Positions 9,244 to 17,200 are shown, numbered from the stretch's first letter. The stretch: DNA of 59,217 nucleotides from Candidatus Falkowbacteria bacterium (GCA_043801965.1 JAZDLN010000021.1:1-59217); one strand, 5' to 3'. The notes: a model not told the origin generated them from the sequence alone. Made by a program: numbers and translations.

Positions 9244-10611
9244 ATGAAGTTATTAAGATCGTTCCGCGTTTTCGGATTCACGGCGCTAATCCTGCTTCTG
9301 GGATCTACGGCAATTTACTGCCAACCGCCGCCCGGATTCGGATTCATGATCACGCTAAACGACCAGGAACGGCGGATATCGGAGCTCCTGGACGCTTTCG
9401 AAAAATCCGTGGCAATCGTCGCCCGCGAATATTATCGCTCTCTGACGGACGAAGACGTAAAAAAACTTGAGGAATACCTTCAGGATTATTTTCCGAAAAA
9501 TCTGGACCAGCATACCATGCTCATGTCCAAGAAAGAGCTAAGCCGGTTTCTTGAATCCTCTATCGGCGGCATCGGCATTCTCGTCGGCCTTTGCCCTGAA
9601 GCGTTTAAGGAGGCTCAGGAAAGCTTAAAGAAGATTGAAGCGGAATTCCTGACGGAAGCCGGCGCGGAAAAAATAAAAAACGATCCAAACGCTTTTCTCC
9701 GGGCGACACAATTCCTGGAGACCGTCAGTCCGGAATATAAAAAAATCAGCGAAGCCCTTATCAAGGGAAATCTAAACTACCGGGGGGTTTATATTAAAGA
9801 GGTCGTCGAGGGTTCTCCGGCGGAAAAATGCGGTTTGCCCAAAGGCTGGTATATTACCAAAGCGGGCGAAACAAACGCGGCCGGCCGCACTCTGGGAGAA
9901 ATGACCGACGCGATCAGAGGAGAAGCGGGAACGCCGATAACAATCGCGGTCAGATCGCCGGACGGTTCGCGAATAAAAACCTTCACGATCATTCGTGAAG
10001 TAATCGAAATTTCCCCCGTAACGAGCCGCATGATTCCCGGTACCGAATTCGGCTACATAAAAATTTCCCGTTTTGATGACAATTGCCTGGAATTTTTGAA
10101 TAAGCTCGAAATTCTCAAAAAGGCCGGCGCGAAAGCCCTGGTCATCGACGTCGAAAATAATCCCGGCGGAAACCTTATGGAAACTTTGCAAATAGCCGAC
10201 GCCTTTATCGAACCGGGGAAACCCTTGCTTTATACCAAGGGACGGAAAGATGAGACCCCCTCCCTTTACCGCCAGTCAAAAACCGCCAAGTCGTTTTCCG
10301 GTCCGATAGTTGTTCTCATAAACGGCGGTTCGGCCAGCGCCTCCGAAGTATTGGCCGGTATCCTCCAAAACTACGGCTTGGCCACGATCGTGGGCATAAA
10401 ATCATACGGCAAGGGCTCTGTCCAGGTCATAAGCCTCTTACCCGACAATTCCGGCCTGAAAATCACGATCAAAAAATACCATCTGCCCGTGACCAAGGCC
10501 TGCCCTGACGGTATCGGTATCACGCCGGACGTAAAGATCGAAGATGATCCGACCACGGAGGAGAACGAACCGCTTCAAAAAGCGATCGAAATTTTAAAAG
10601 GAAAAATATAA
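9244..10611 (+). CDS. S41 C-terminal processing peptidase (Ctp/Prc family) with PDZ
   Basis: 455 aa. Signal peptide, PDZ-like GVYIKEVVEGSPAEKCGL, and catalytic-region GGSASASEVLAG...KSYGKG. Confidence 0.85.
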   Translation: MKLLRSFRVFGFTALILLLGSTAIYCQPPPGFGFMITLNDQERRISELLDAFEKSVAIVAREYYRSLTDEDVKKLEEYLQDYFPKNLDQHTMLMSKKELSRFLESSIGGIGILVGLCPEAFKEAQESLKKIEAEFLTEAGAEKIKNDPNAFLRATQFLETVSPEYKKISEALIKGNLNYRGVYIKEVVEGSPAEKCGLPKGWYITKAGETNAAGRTLGEMTDAIRGEAGTPITIAVRSPDGSRIKTFTIIREVIEISPVTSRMIPGTEFGYIKISRFDDNCLEFLNKLEILKKAGAKALVIDVENNPGGNLMETLQIADAFIEPGKPLLYTKGRKDETPSLYRQSKTAKSFSGPIVVLINGGSASASEVLAGILQNYGLATIVGIKSYGKGSVQVISLLPDNSGLKITIKKYHLPVTKACPDGIGITPDVKIEDDPTTEENEPLQKAIEILKGKI

Positions 10612-10634
10612 AAAGACTGTTTTTAAAAAAACGA

Positions 10635-10660
10635 ACGGATGCGCGCGCGTCCGTTTTTTA
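10635..10660 (+). terminator. Intrinsic terminator
   Basis: ACGGATGCG/CGCGTCCGT hairpin followed by TTTTTT. Confidence 0.75.
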
Positions 10661-10715
10661 TTTTTTTCTTCTTTGTTAATTTAAAAAGCATCCCGGAGAT
10701 GCTTTATTTTTTTGT

Positions 10716-12383
10716 TTAGCGGCCGCTTTGGGCCTTAAAAATATGTCTTAAGACAAGGTGATACTTGGGATTAAATAAATATACGGCCAAAAGAGGAATA
10801 AAAAGGGCTAGTCCCGCCACCACGATCATAAGCGCCCCTAATTCGCCGTATACTCCCCGTTCGACCACGAAGATCTTATTTAAGTAAACCGTTAAAAGCT
10901 GGCTTAAGGACAGGGCCAGATTCGTAAAAGCGGCCATGACCGCGAAATAAGTAGCCTTCTTGTCCCGGGGCGCCTCCTTGGCGATCCAGGCGAGCATCGG
11001 GATCATAGCCACCTGGCCCATGGGAGAATCGGCCATCGTGTCGATTATGGCTATGCCTTTGGCGCCGAATCCGAATATCTTCTCGGTCCATTCATGCAAT
11101 CCGTAATACATGCCGATAAAAGGCAGGAACATGACCGTGGAATAAACGGACAGAAAGACCACAAGGTAAGGAACAGGGCGTCTGGCCATCCAGCCGCGCA
11201 GGGCGAACATCCCGATAATGGCCAGGATCGACGAAATCTGGCGGAGAGTGCCGAAAAACGCCTCATCAAAACCTAAAACGTCTATCTGCCACCAGCCCGC
11301 GCCCGGCCCTATTCCCGGCATGGCCCGGAAGACGAAAATAATGACCGCGATGCCGACGATCTCCCGCTTTTTACCGGGATCGATGTCCCGTATAAGCTCC
11401 ATCATAAGATAAAGGACGATAAAAAGCGAAACCGCGAAAATAATTTCCATATTTCCCGGAATGCGAACAAGGCCCAGGATAAGAGTAATGACGATAAAGA
11501 GGGCGCTGCCCGACAAGATCCGCCAATTGGGCTTAGGCGGCGTTTCCTCTCCATACTCGATCCGTCCGATCTCGGCGGGAGATAGGCCTTCCGCCGCGAG
11601 CCGATGGCGCCGTTTTCGCGTCATCCAATATCCGGCCGTCACCCCGATGATCGAAATTACCGGTATTAAAAGGGACATCCGGTACATGGCCGAATAAGAA
11701 ATAGTGGTAGCGAGCCAGCCGCCCAATCCGGCCACGAACGCGCCGCCGCCGACGATCGCGATCCTCCCTAAAGTCTGCATGGTAATATGTCGCCGCTGCA
11801 GCTCGGCTTCATTGATCTTTATTCCCTTATCGGTATGTGTGGGCACGGCTTCGACCGTCATGGCGTCGGCGACCACGTCCTGAAGGACGTAGCCTATGGG
11901 CGCTACTAGTACCGAAAGGATATACCAGTCGGCCAAAGGCATGATCCCGGCCATCCATTCTTTGTAGCCGGTAAGGCCGACCATAACAAGGAGACTAAAC
12001 GCCATGAGCAGGGCCCCGATATAAACGAAGAGGGACTTGCGCCGCCAAAAAAGATCGACCAGGTGCCCCAGGGGCATCTTAAGCGCCCAGGGAATCCCGG
12101 CCCAGAAAGCCAAACCGGCGAGAAAACTCGCCGCGAGCCCCAATTCTTCTTTAACGAAAAAAGATTCGATGATCCCCGTAAAAGCGGATACGCCGGCGGC
12201 GAAATAAACCATCAAAGGCGGCACGTAGCTTAAACGGATCTCCCGGAATATCCCCAGAAAATCGTAAGCCAGCCAGCGCCACCCGGCCCGTAATTTTTCT
12301 CCGGGCGAATTCATAAAACCTTTGATTTCGTAAATTATCCGTTTTAACAACAAGCAGAATCTACTATTAATACTTTGCGGCAT
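10716..12383 (-). CDS. Polytopic transporter, MFS / folate-biopterin (BT1)-like
   Basis: About 555 aa with at least 12 hydrophobic helices and a central charged loop. ATG at 12383 with AAAGGA upstream. The family call is from architecture only. Confidence 0.55.
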   Translation of the reverse strand: MPQSINSRFCLLLKRIIYEIKGFMNSPGEKLRAGWRWLAYDFLGIFREIRLSYVPPLMVYFAAGVSAFTGIIESFFVKEELGLAASFLAGLAFWAGIPWALKMPLGHLVDLFWRRKSLFVYIGALLMAFSLLVMVGLTGYKEWMAGIMPLADWYILSVLVAPIGYVLQDVVADAMTVEAVPTHTDKGIKINEAELQRRHITMQTLGRIAIVGGGAFVAGLGGWLATTISYSAMYRMSLLIPVISIIGVTAGYWMTRKRRHRLAAEGLSPAEIGRIEYGEETPPKPNWRILSGSALFIVITLILGLVRIPGNMEIIFAVSLFIVLYLMMELIRDIDPGKKREIVGIAVIIFVFRAMPGIGPGAGWWQIDVLGFDEAFFGTLRQISSILAIIGMFALRGWMARRPVPYLVVFLSVYSTVMFLPFIGMYYGLHEWTEKIFGFGAKGIAIIDTMADSPMGQVAMIPMLAWIAKEAPRDKKATYFAVMAAFTNLALSLSQLLTVYLNKIFVVERGVYGELGALMIVVAGLALFIPLLAVYLFNPKYHLVLRHIFKAQSGR

Positions 12384-12493
12384 CAACCTGTCCTTTCGTA
12401 ATATTATTATTTATTTTAAAGATCGTAAATTAACCGTTCATGAATATGTTAATTCCAAGCTAACATAATATTAAATTTACTGTCAATCGATTT

Positions 12494-12526
12494 AAGCAAA
12501 AGACGGGTCGATCGATCCGTCTTTTT
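12494..12526. terminator. Terminator hairpin downstream of metK
   Basis: AGACGG...CCGTCT palindromic hairpin with U-rich flanks. Confidence 0.55.
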
Positions 12527-12536
12527 ATCTTTAATC

Positions 12537-13586
12537 TTATAGTTCGATTATCTCTTCCCAAGGCAGTCCGGCTTTTCCGAAATGGCCGTAGCTCGCGGTC
12601 GGCCGGAAAATCGGTTTTCTTAAACCGAGCCTTTCAACAATGGCGCGCGGACGGAAATCGAATTTTCTCCTGACCACGTCCTTGAGGCTCTTACCGTCTT
12701 CGTCCATGGCCTCTACCATCAAAGGCTCGGCGTGTCCTATGGCGTAAGCGACCGAGACTAGGCATTTATCGGCTAGGCCGGCAGCCACGATGTTTTTCGC
12801 CGCGAAGCGGGCCATGTAAGCGGCCGAGCGATCGACCTTGGTCGCGTCCTTGCCGGAAAAAGCGCCGCCGCCGTGCGGAATGAGCCCGCCGTAGGTATCG
12901 ACCATGATCTTTCTGCCGGTAAGCCCCGTATCAGCCGCGAAACCGCCCAAAAAGAATTTCCCGGTCGGATTTACGAAAACCTCCACGCCGGATAAATTGT
13001 TGATTACCGGCGCGATAAGTTTTTCAATCAAACTCCGCCGAATCTCTTCCTGGTCGACATCTTCACCATGCTGGGTGCTTACAAGAACGTTTTTGACCCG
13101 GCCGTTATCGAGCGTTACCTGCGCTTTGCCGTCCGGCTTAAGCCAGCTTAGCTCCCCGCTTTTTCGGAGTTCTTCCAGTCCGCGGGTTAATTTATGAGCC
13201 AAGACCACCCCCAAGGGCATGAATTCTTCTGTCTCCCTCGTGGCATAGCCGTACATTATTCCCTGATCTCCGGCTCCGCCCGTGTCGACGCCCTGGGCGA
13301 TATCCGGCGACTGCCTGACGATCTTAGTGATCACCTCCAGATCATTATCATAGCCGATGTCCTTATAAACCTGCCGGGCAATCGCGGCCGCGTCGAAATC
13401 GGCGTTGGTCGTGACCTCGCCTCCGACCAAGAGCAGGCCGTGGCCGCCGAAAGTTTCGACCGCCACCCGCGATGCCGGGTCTTCTTTTAGGCAAGCGTCC
13501 AGAATAGCGTCCGAGACCTGGTCGCAGACCTTGTCCGGATGCCCGGCCGTAACGCTTTCGACCGTGTAAAGATTTTGGTGATACAT
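12537..13586 (-). CDS. metK: S-adenosylmethionine synthetase
   Basis: ESVTAGHPDKVCDQVSDAILD, GAGDQGIMYGYA and GGGAFSGKD motifs. At 349 aa it is shorter than E. coli MetK. Confidence 0.95.
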   Translation of the reverse strand: MYHQNLYTVESVTAGHPDKVCDQVSDAILDACLKEDPASRVAVETFGGHGLLLVGGEVTTNADFDAAAIARQVYKDIGYDNDLEVITKIVRQSPDIAQGVDTGGAGDQGIMYGYATRETEEFMPLGVVLAHKLTRGLEELRKSGELSWLKPDGKAQVTLDNGRVKNVLVSTQHGEDVDQEEIRRSLIEKLIAPVINNLSGVEVFVNPTGKFFLGGFAADTGLTGRKIMVDTYGGLIPHGGGAFSGKDATKVDRSAAYMARFAAKNIVAAGLADKCLVSVAYAIGHAEPLMVEAMDEDGKSLKDVVRRKFDFRPRAIVERLGLRKPIFRPTASYGHFGKAGLPWEEIIEL

Positions 13587-13639
13587 AATCTTTTTAAACT
13601 AAGTAAATTAGATTTTTAAAAAATATATAAAATTATCAA

Positions 13640-13797
13640 TTTTCAATTCTCAATTTTCAATCAATTCTTTAATTTTATAATTTTCAATTATTTACCAATC
13701 CTTATCCCGCCGACTGATCATAAAGACAAATTGTTAAATTTAATAATTGAAAATTTATTGAAAATTGATCATTGAAAATTAAAAATTGAAACGACGG
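13640..13797. repeat. AT-rich inverted-repeat array (ATTTTCAAT / ATTGAAAAT units) inside the metK leader
   Basis: The left arm carries repeated TTTTCAAT units and the right arm repeated ATTGAAAA units. They are mutually complementary and flank a loop of about 45 nt. Confidence 0.7.
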
Positions 13798-13858
13798 ATT
13801 ACCGCAAAAATAATTTATCCCGGCCTGCGTTCATAAAAGCGTTCAAAGAAGATAAAAC

Positions 13859-13884
13859 AAAAAAGCCTTTCCCCGCGGAAAGAC
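13859..13884 (-). terminator. Expression-platform terminator of the SAM riboswitch
   Basis: On the minus strand, GUCUUUCC-GCGG-GGAAAGGC followed by U6. Confidence 0.8.
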
Positions 13885-13896
13885 TAAAACAAAAAA

Positions 13897-13997
13897 TCAT
13901 CTTTCCCCGGCATTACGGGGCTGGAAGGGGCACCTTTTCCTTTTAGGGAATGGTTGCCGGCGGGTCATAGAGCCAGTACTCCGGCCGTCCGCGATAA
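13897..13997 (-). ncRNA. SAM-I (S-box) riboswitch aptamer
   Basis: The minus strand reads UUAUC...GGAGUACUGGCUCUAUGACCCGCCGGCAACC...GGUGCCCCUUCCAGC...GAAAGAUGA. This matches the conserved S-box core segment by segment, and it lies upstream of metK. Confidence 0.85.
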
Positions 13998-14123
13998 ATC
14001 GCTTCGGGCCGTCCCGGGGTTCATCCCGGGATCGCCGCGCTCGTGATAAAATTATCAACAAGTATTCAGTTGTTATCTATATTATATAATACAAAATAAA
14101 TTAATGCAATATAAATTTTCCAT

Positions 14124-15527
14124 TTATTCACCGCAAATACTATCCCGGCACTCGAGCGGCAGATAGCAATACGGATAATAACCGGCCTTTTCACAGCACG
14201 GACCGTTTTTAAAGCCGCAATCGGCGCGCTTGATAAAGACCTGGGTGGCGATAAAAAAATCGTTGACATAAGCCAGGCCGACGCCGGCCTCGTCGTAAGC
14301 GGCATTCATTATATTTGCCCGATGTCCCGGGCTCTCCATCCAGCCTTTCGTCATTTCGCTTACGATAATATCTTCCGCGCGCCAATTGACCTCGCTCGCC
14401 CTGATCGCTGTTTCCGATTCGAAGGCGGCGGCGCGACGAAGAAGCTCCGCCCGGACAATCGCCATTTTCTCTTCGTTATCCCGGCCCGCGTCTACCACGG
14501 ATTTAAAAGCGGCGTCCCAGTCCTCCCGCTTTTTCTGGCAGGCCGCTAATTTTGCTCCTACTGGATCGCCTTCCCAATAAACCACCTTATAGGTCGCGCC
14601 GGATAAAAGCGCTATATTCTCCGCCGTCTGGCTGAAATAATGCACGTCGCGGTTACTCAGGCGCTCGCTGTTATAGATCCCGAAATCAAGACCTTCGTGG
14701 TGGATCAGGGGAAAATCGCAGGCAACGCCAAAGGCCGTAAAAGTCTCGTTCTCCCGCGCGAGATTTAAACTATGCTCCCGGGCGACGGCCGCCAGTTCTT
14801 CGTTCCAGCGGAGAGCCGGCAAACCGCCACCGGTTCTCTCCCGGTTTACGGCTTCATGTATATCCCGCTCACCTATTGAAAGCAAAAAGCCTGGCGTACC
14901 GGCCAATATTTTATCCAGATCGCCATTGGTAATGCCCAACCCCAGAGAGCGCATGATCGCGAAGGCGTCCGCGGGCCGGCCCAGAAAATACCTCTTGCCG
15001 TCGGCCGGATTAACATACCAGGCTTCGCCGTTTCTTTCCACGGCTAAAAAGATCTTCCCTGGCTGGCGTCCGGTAAAATCAAGATTAACAGGCATCACTC
15101 CTGATCCGAGATAATTAAAACCATTCGCGAGTTCATGCTTATCGTCAAAGCCGTCACCGTCCGTATCGGCTCTAGTCTTATCCGTTCCAATGGCTGTTTC
15201 AAGATCGTCGGGGAGGCCGTCGCCGTCCGCGTCAGAAACTAAATTTCCCACAGGAAATTTAGTTTCTTCTATTAAACCCGCCGGTATCTTATCCAAGTCG
15301 GCATCAGTAATGCCGATCCCCTGTTCCCGCATCAGCGCGAAAGCATCCGCTGGCCGGCCTAAAAAATAGCGCATCTTGTCAAAGGGCGCGACATACCAGG
15401 CTTCGCCGTTCTCTTCGACCTGAAGTAAAATCCGGCCGGACAATTTATCGGCTAAGCCCGCCGCCGATAACGAACCAAAAGGCCAAACCAGTAAAAATAC
15501 ATTAATAAAGACAATAATTTTCTTCAT
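14124..15527 (-). CDS. Secreted CAP/SCP-domain protein with duplicated N-terminal module and TSP3-like Ca-binding repeats
   Basis: Signal peptide. Two copies of a module of about 54 aa (GEAWYV..RYFLGRPADAFA.MR..G.GIT..DLDKI.AG). DADGDGLPDD and DTDGDGFDD motifs. C-terminal GWMESPGHRANIMN typical of CAP/YkwD domains. Confidence 0.75.
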   Translation of the reverse strand: MKKIIVFINVFLLVWPFGSLSAAGLADKLSGRILLQVEENGEAWYVAPFDKMRYFLGRPADAFALMREQGIGITDADLDKIPAGLIEETKFPVGNLVSDADGDGLPDDLETAIGTDKTRADTDGDGFDDKHELANGFNYLGSGVMPVNLDFTGRQPGKIFLAVERNGEAWYVNPADGKRYFLGRPADAFAIMRSLGLGITNGDLDKILAGTPGFLLSIGERDIHEAVNRERTGGGLPALRWNEELAAVAREHSLNLARENETFTAFGVACDFPLIHHEGLDFGIYNSERLSNRDVHYFSQTAENIALLSGATYKVVYWEGDPVGAKLAACQKKREDWDAAFKSVVDAGRDNEEKMAIVRAELLRRAAAFESETAIRASEVNWRAEDIIVSEMTKGWMESPGHRANIMNAAYDEAGVGLAYVNDFFIATQVFIKRADCGFKNGPCCEKAGYYPYCYLPLECRDSICGE

Positions 15528-15579
15528 ATTTTTATCATATCACAACCAAGAGACGATTGACAAACCGCGAATCGCGCGT

Positions 15580-15616
15580 AAAAAAATAAGTCCCGACCAT
15601 TCGGGACTTTTTTATT
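15580..15616 (-). terminator. Intrinsic terminator after the HAD gene
   Basis: AAGTCCCG-N6-CGGGACTT hairpin with U-tracts on both strands. Confidence 0.7.
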
Positions 15617-15621
15617 TGTCG

Positions 15622-16284
15622 TTATATTTTAATTTTTCTTTTTTTTCTGGCAAAAGACGAAAGGCCAACCGCCCCCCGGATGTCATTAATTAAATAATCC
15701 GGGTAGGCGCGCAATATTTTGCCCATAGTTTCGTACAAAAATTTCGCCTCCTGATTCACGATGGCGCAGGCAACGATTCCGGCCGCATGTCCGGCCTCAA
15801 TGTCGTGGGTCATGTCGCCGATAAACATAGTTTCTTCGGCCGCGAAATTATTGCGCACCAGAACAGATTTGATTGCCGCTACCTTGTTTAAAACACTGCC
15901 GTTTATCTCCCGAAAAAAACCCTCCAGGCCGAAAAACTTAACTTCTTTTTCAAGTCTGTCCTGGTCATGCGAACTAAAAAGCACCAAATTAATCTTTCTT
16001 CCTCTAAGAACCGACAGGGTCAAATGAACAAAGGGGAAAAGTTGGGATGGTTTTAAGGTGTCCCAGGCCGACAAAAAGGCGATTTTTTCTTCTGCCGGCG
16101 TCATGTTTGGTAAATACTTGTGCCAGAAATCCATGTACGGCAATTTGAATTCGCGCGAAAATCGGTTAAGGGAAATCGCCTTAAGCCCCTGTCCCCGGAA
16201 AGCCAGAGCCGTCGCCTTGTACACTTTTAGAAAATCATCAACCAGCGTTCCGGACCAGTCAAACAGGCAGTTCTTGATCGCCAT
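15622..16284 (-). CDS. HAD-superfamily hydrolase (phosphoglycolate phosphatase-like)
   Basis: Motif I is FDWSGTLVDD and motif IV is GDMTHDIEAG. ATG at 16284 is preceded by AAGGAGG. The longer ORF reaching 16356 runs through a terminator hairpin. Confidence 0.75.
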   Translation of the reverse strand: MAIKNCLFDWSGTLVDDFLKVYKATALAFRGQGLKAISLNRFSREFKLPYMDFWHKYLPNMTPAEEKIAFLSAWDTLKPSQLFPFVHLTLSVLRGRKINLVLFSSHDQDRLEKEVKFFGLEGFFREINGSVLNKVAAIKSVLVRNNFAAEETMFIGDMTHDIEAGHAAGIVACAIVNQEAKFLYETMGKILRAYPDYLINDIRGAVGLSSFARKKRKIKI

Positions 16285-16330
16285 TAAAGCCTCCTTTTGT
16301 TTTTTGCAATAAAATTTAAAGGTGCAGTTA

Positions 16331-16383
16331 AGAAAAATGCGTAATTTTTTCAACAATGGAGTTAATTGAAAAAACCACGCATT
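16331..16383 (-). terminator. Long hairpin plus U-tract ending the tRNA-Pro transcription unit
   Basis: On the minus strand, AATGCGT..TTTTTTCAA-loop-TTGAAAAAA..ACGCATT followed by TTTTTCTT. Confidence 0.55.
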
Positions 16384-16417
16384 CTTCTTTTTAAATCATT
16401 AATTTAGCAGTCGGGCT

Positions 16418-16470
16418 CTCGGGCCCCGCCATCCGGCGGGGTCTCCGTCCCGCTTGGGCGGGACTACGAG
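16418..16470 (-). other. GC-rich three-way-junction structure in the tRNA-Pro 3' trailer
   Basis: A closing helix CTCG/CGAG encloses two 7-bp tetraloop hairpins, GTCCCGC-ccaa-GCGGGAC and CCCCGCC-ggat-GGCGGGG. Confidence 0.5.
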
Positions 16471-16511
16471 AATTTCACGCCAAGTATCGCAATTCAGAAT
16501 TTTTAATTTTA

Positions 16512-16585
16512 TGGTCGGGCCGGAGGGAATTGAACCCTCGCTACAAGCACCCCATGCTCGCGTACTACCGTTATACTACGGCCCG
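16512..16585 (-). tRNA. tRNA-Pro (anticodon GGG), CCA encoded
   Basis: 74 nt. Acceptor CGGGCCG/CGGCCCG, D arm GTAT..GTAC, anticodon stem CGAGC/GCTTG with loop AUGGGGU (G37), T arm GAGGG-TTCAATT-CCCTC, and A73-CCA. Confidence 0.9.
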
Positions 16586-16725
16586 TTTAATTTTATTTAT
16601 CTTTAGCTATGCTCACGCCTGCCCTGCCAATGAGCAGAGCGAATGTGGCGGGGTACTACTTGCCTCGCCGAAGTCCCGACGCTTCGGGACGTAGGCGGGC
16701 CGTTATACTACGGCCCGTTATTCTC
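16586..16725 (-). other. Structured 5' leader of tRNA-Pro: acceptor-mimic minihelix plus two GC-rich hairpin modules
   Basis: A 20-nt exact copy of the tRNA 5' end (16700-16719 versus 16568-16587) is closed into the perfect hairpin CGGGCCG-uaguauaa-CGGCCCG. Two modules follow, each of the form CGCC-[7-bp hairpin]-GGCG (16666-16697 and 16616-16650). Confidence 0.55.
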
Positions 16726-16731
16726 TTTCTT

Positions 16732-16760
16732 ATAATAAACAAAAAAACATAATTTGTCCA
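16732..16760 (-). promoter_or_regulatory. Putative promoter of the tRNA-Pro unit
   Basis: On the minus strand, TGGACA-17 nt-TATTAT, placing the start a few nt before the minihelix. Confidence 0.5.
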
Positions 16761-16765
16761 GCCAC

Positions 16766-16790
16766 ACAAAAAAATCCGGCTTTCTGCCGG
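16766..16790 (-). terminator. Second intrinsic terminator downstream of the candidate sRNA
   Basis: On the minus strand, CCGGC-agaaa-GCCGG followed by A-U7. Confidence 0.6.
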
Positions 16791-16902
16791 TTTAGCGTCA
16801 AATCCGCGTAGCTATCTGCGCAAAATCAGCTGAACCGCGAACAATGGCAATAACAAGGACTACTGATCAATAATAAACAAAACACGCAACGTAAAAATAA
16901 AA

Positions 16903-17166
16903 CAAAAAAGCTTCACCAAAGATGCCTATCCAAGAATTGGCCGTAAACAGTGGGTTCTGTTAATTTCTTAACAGTTCATTCCGGCCCAATCTCTTCAGAA
17001 GTAGTATCTTCCGAATAATGGTTGAAGCAGAACGATTTCTAGCCCTTGTCTCCTACCCCGGATTCCACGGAAACCGGAGAAACGGAAAAGCCATTCTTTA
17101 CAATTTGATCCAAATCTTGAAGTTGGCTTGGTGAAGCCTTTTCAGATGACAAATATTTTTATCATC
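16903..17166 (-). ncRNA. Candidate novel structured sRNA (unassigned family)
   Basis: It is bounded by an extended -10 promoter at 17173-17200 and by a 10-bp closing helix (GCTTCACCAA/TTGGTGAAGC) followed by U6. The interior has further co-axial pairings (CAAGATTTGG/CCAATTCTTG, GTAAA/TTTAC) and a perfect 7-bp hairpin CTGTTAA-gaaa-TTAACAG. No ORF. Confidence 0.5.
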
Positions 17167-17172
17167 AATAAT

Positions 17173-17200
17173 ATTATAACAAACCCGGATTAAAAATCAA
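17173..17200 (-). promoter_or_regulatory. Promoter of the candidate sRNA
   Basis: On the minus strand, TTGATT-16 nt-(TGt)TATAAT, i.e. an extended -10. Confidence 0.6.

Noticed and set aside
13640-13797. Possible CRISPR-like array in the AT-rich repeats upstream of metK
   Set aside because: The units are only about 7-9 nt with no unique spacers, and the two halves are mutually complementary. No cas genes are present. This is an inverted-repeat array, not a CRISPR.
16586-16725. Second tRNA gene upstream of tRNA-Pro, or a tRNA with an intron
   Set aside because: Only the first 18 nt of the tRNA are duplicated. I could not build a T arm or a 7-nt anticodon loop, so I treat it as a structured leader rather than a tRNA.
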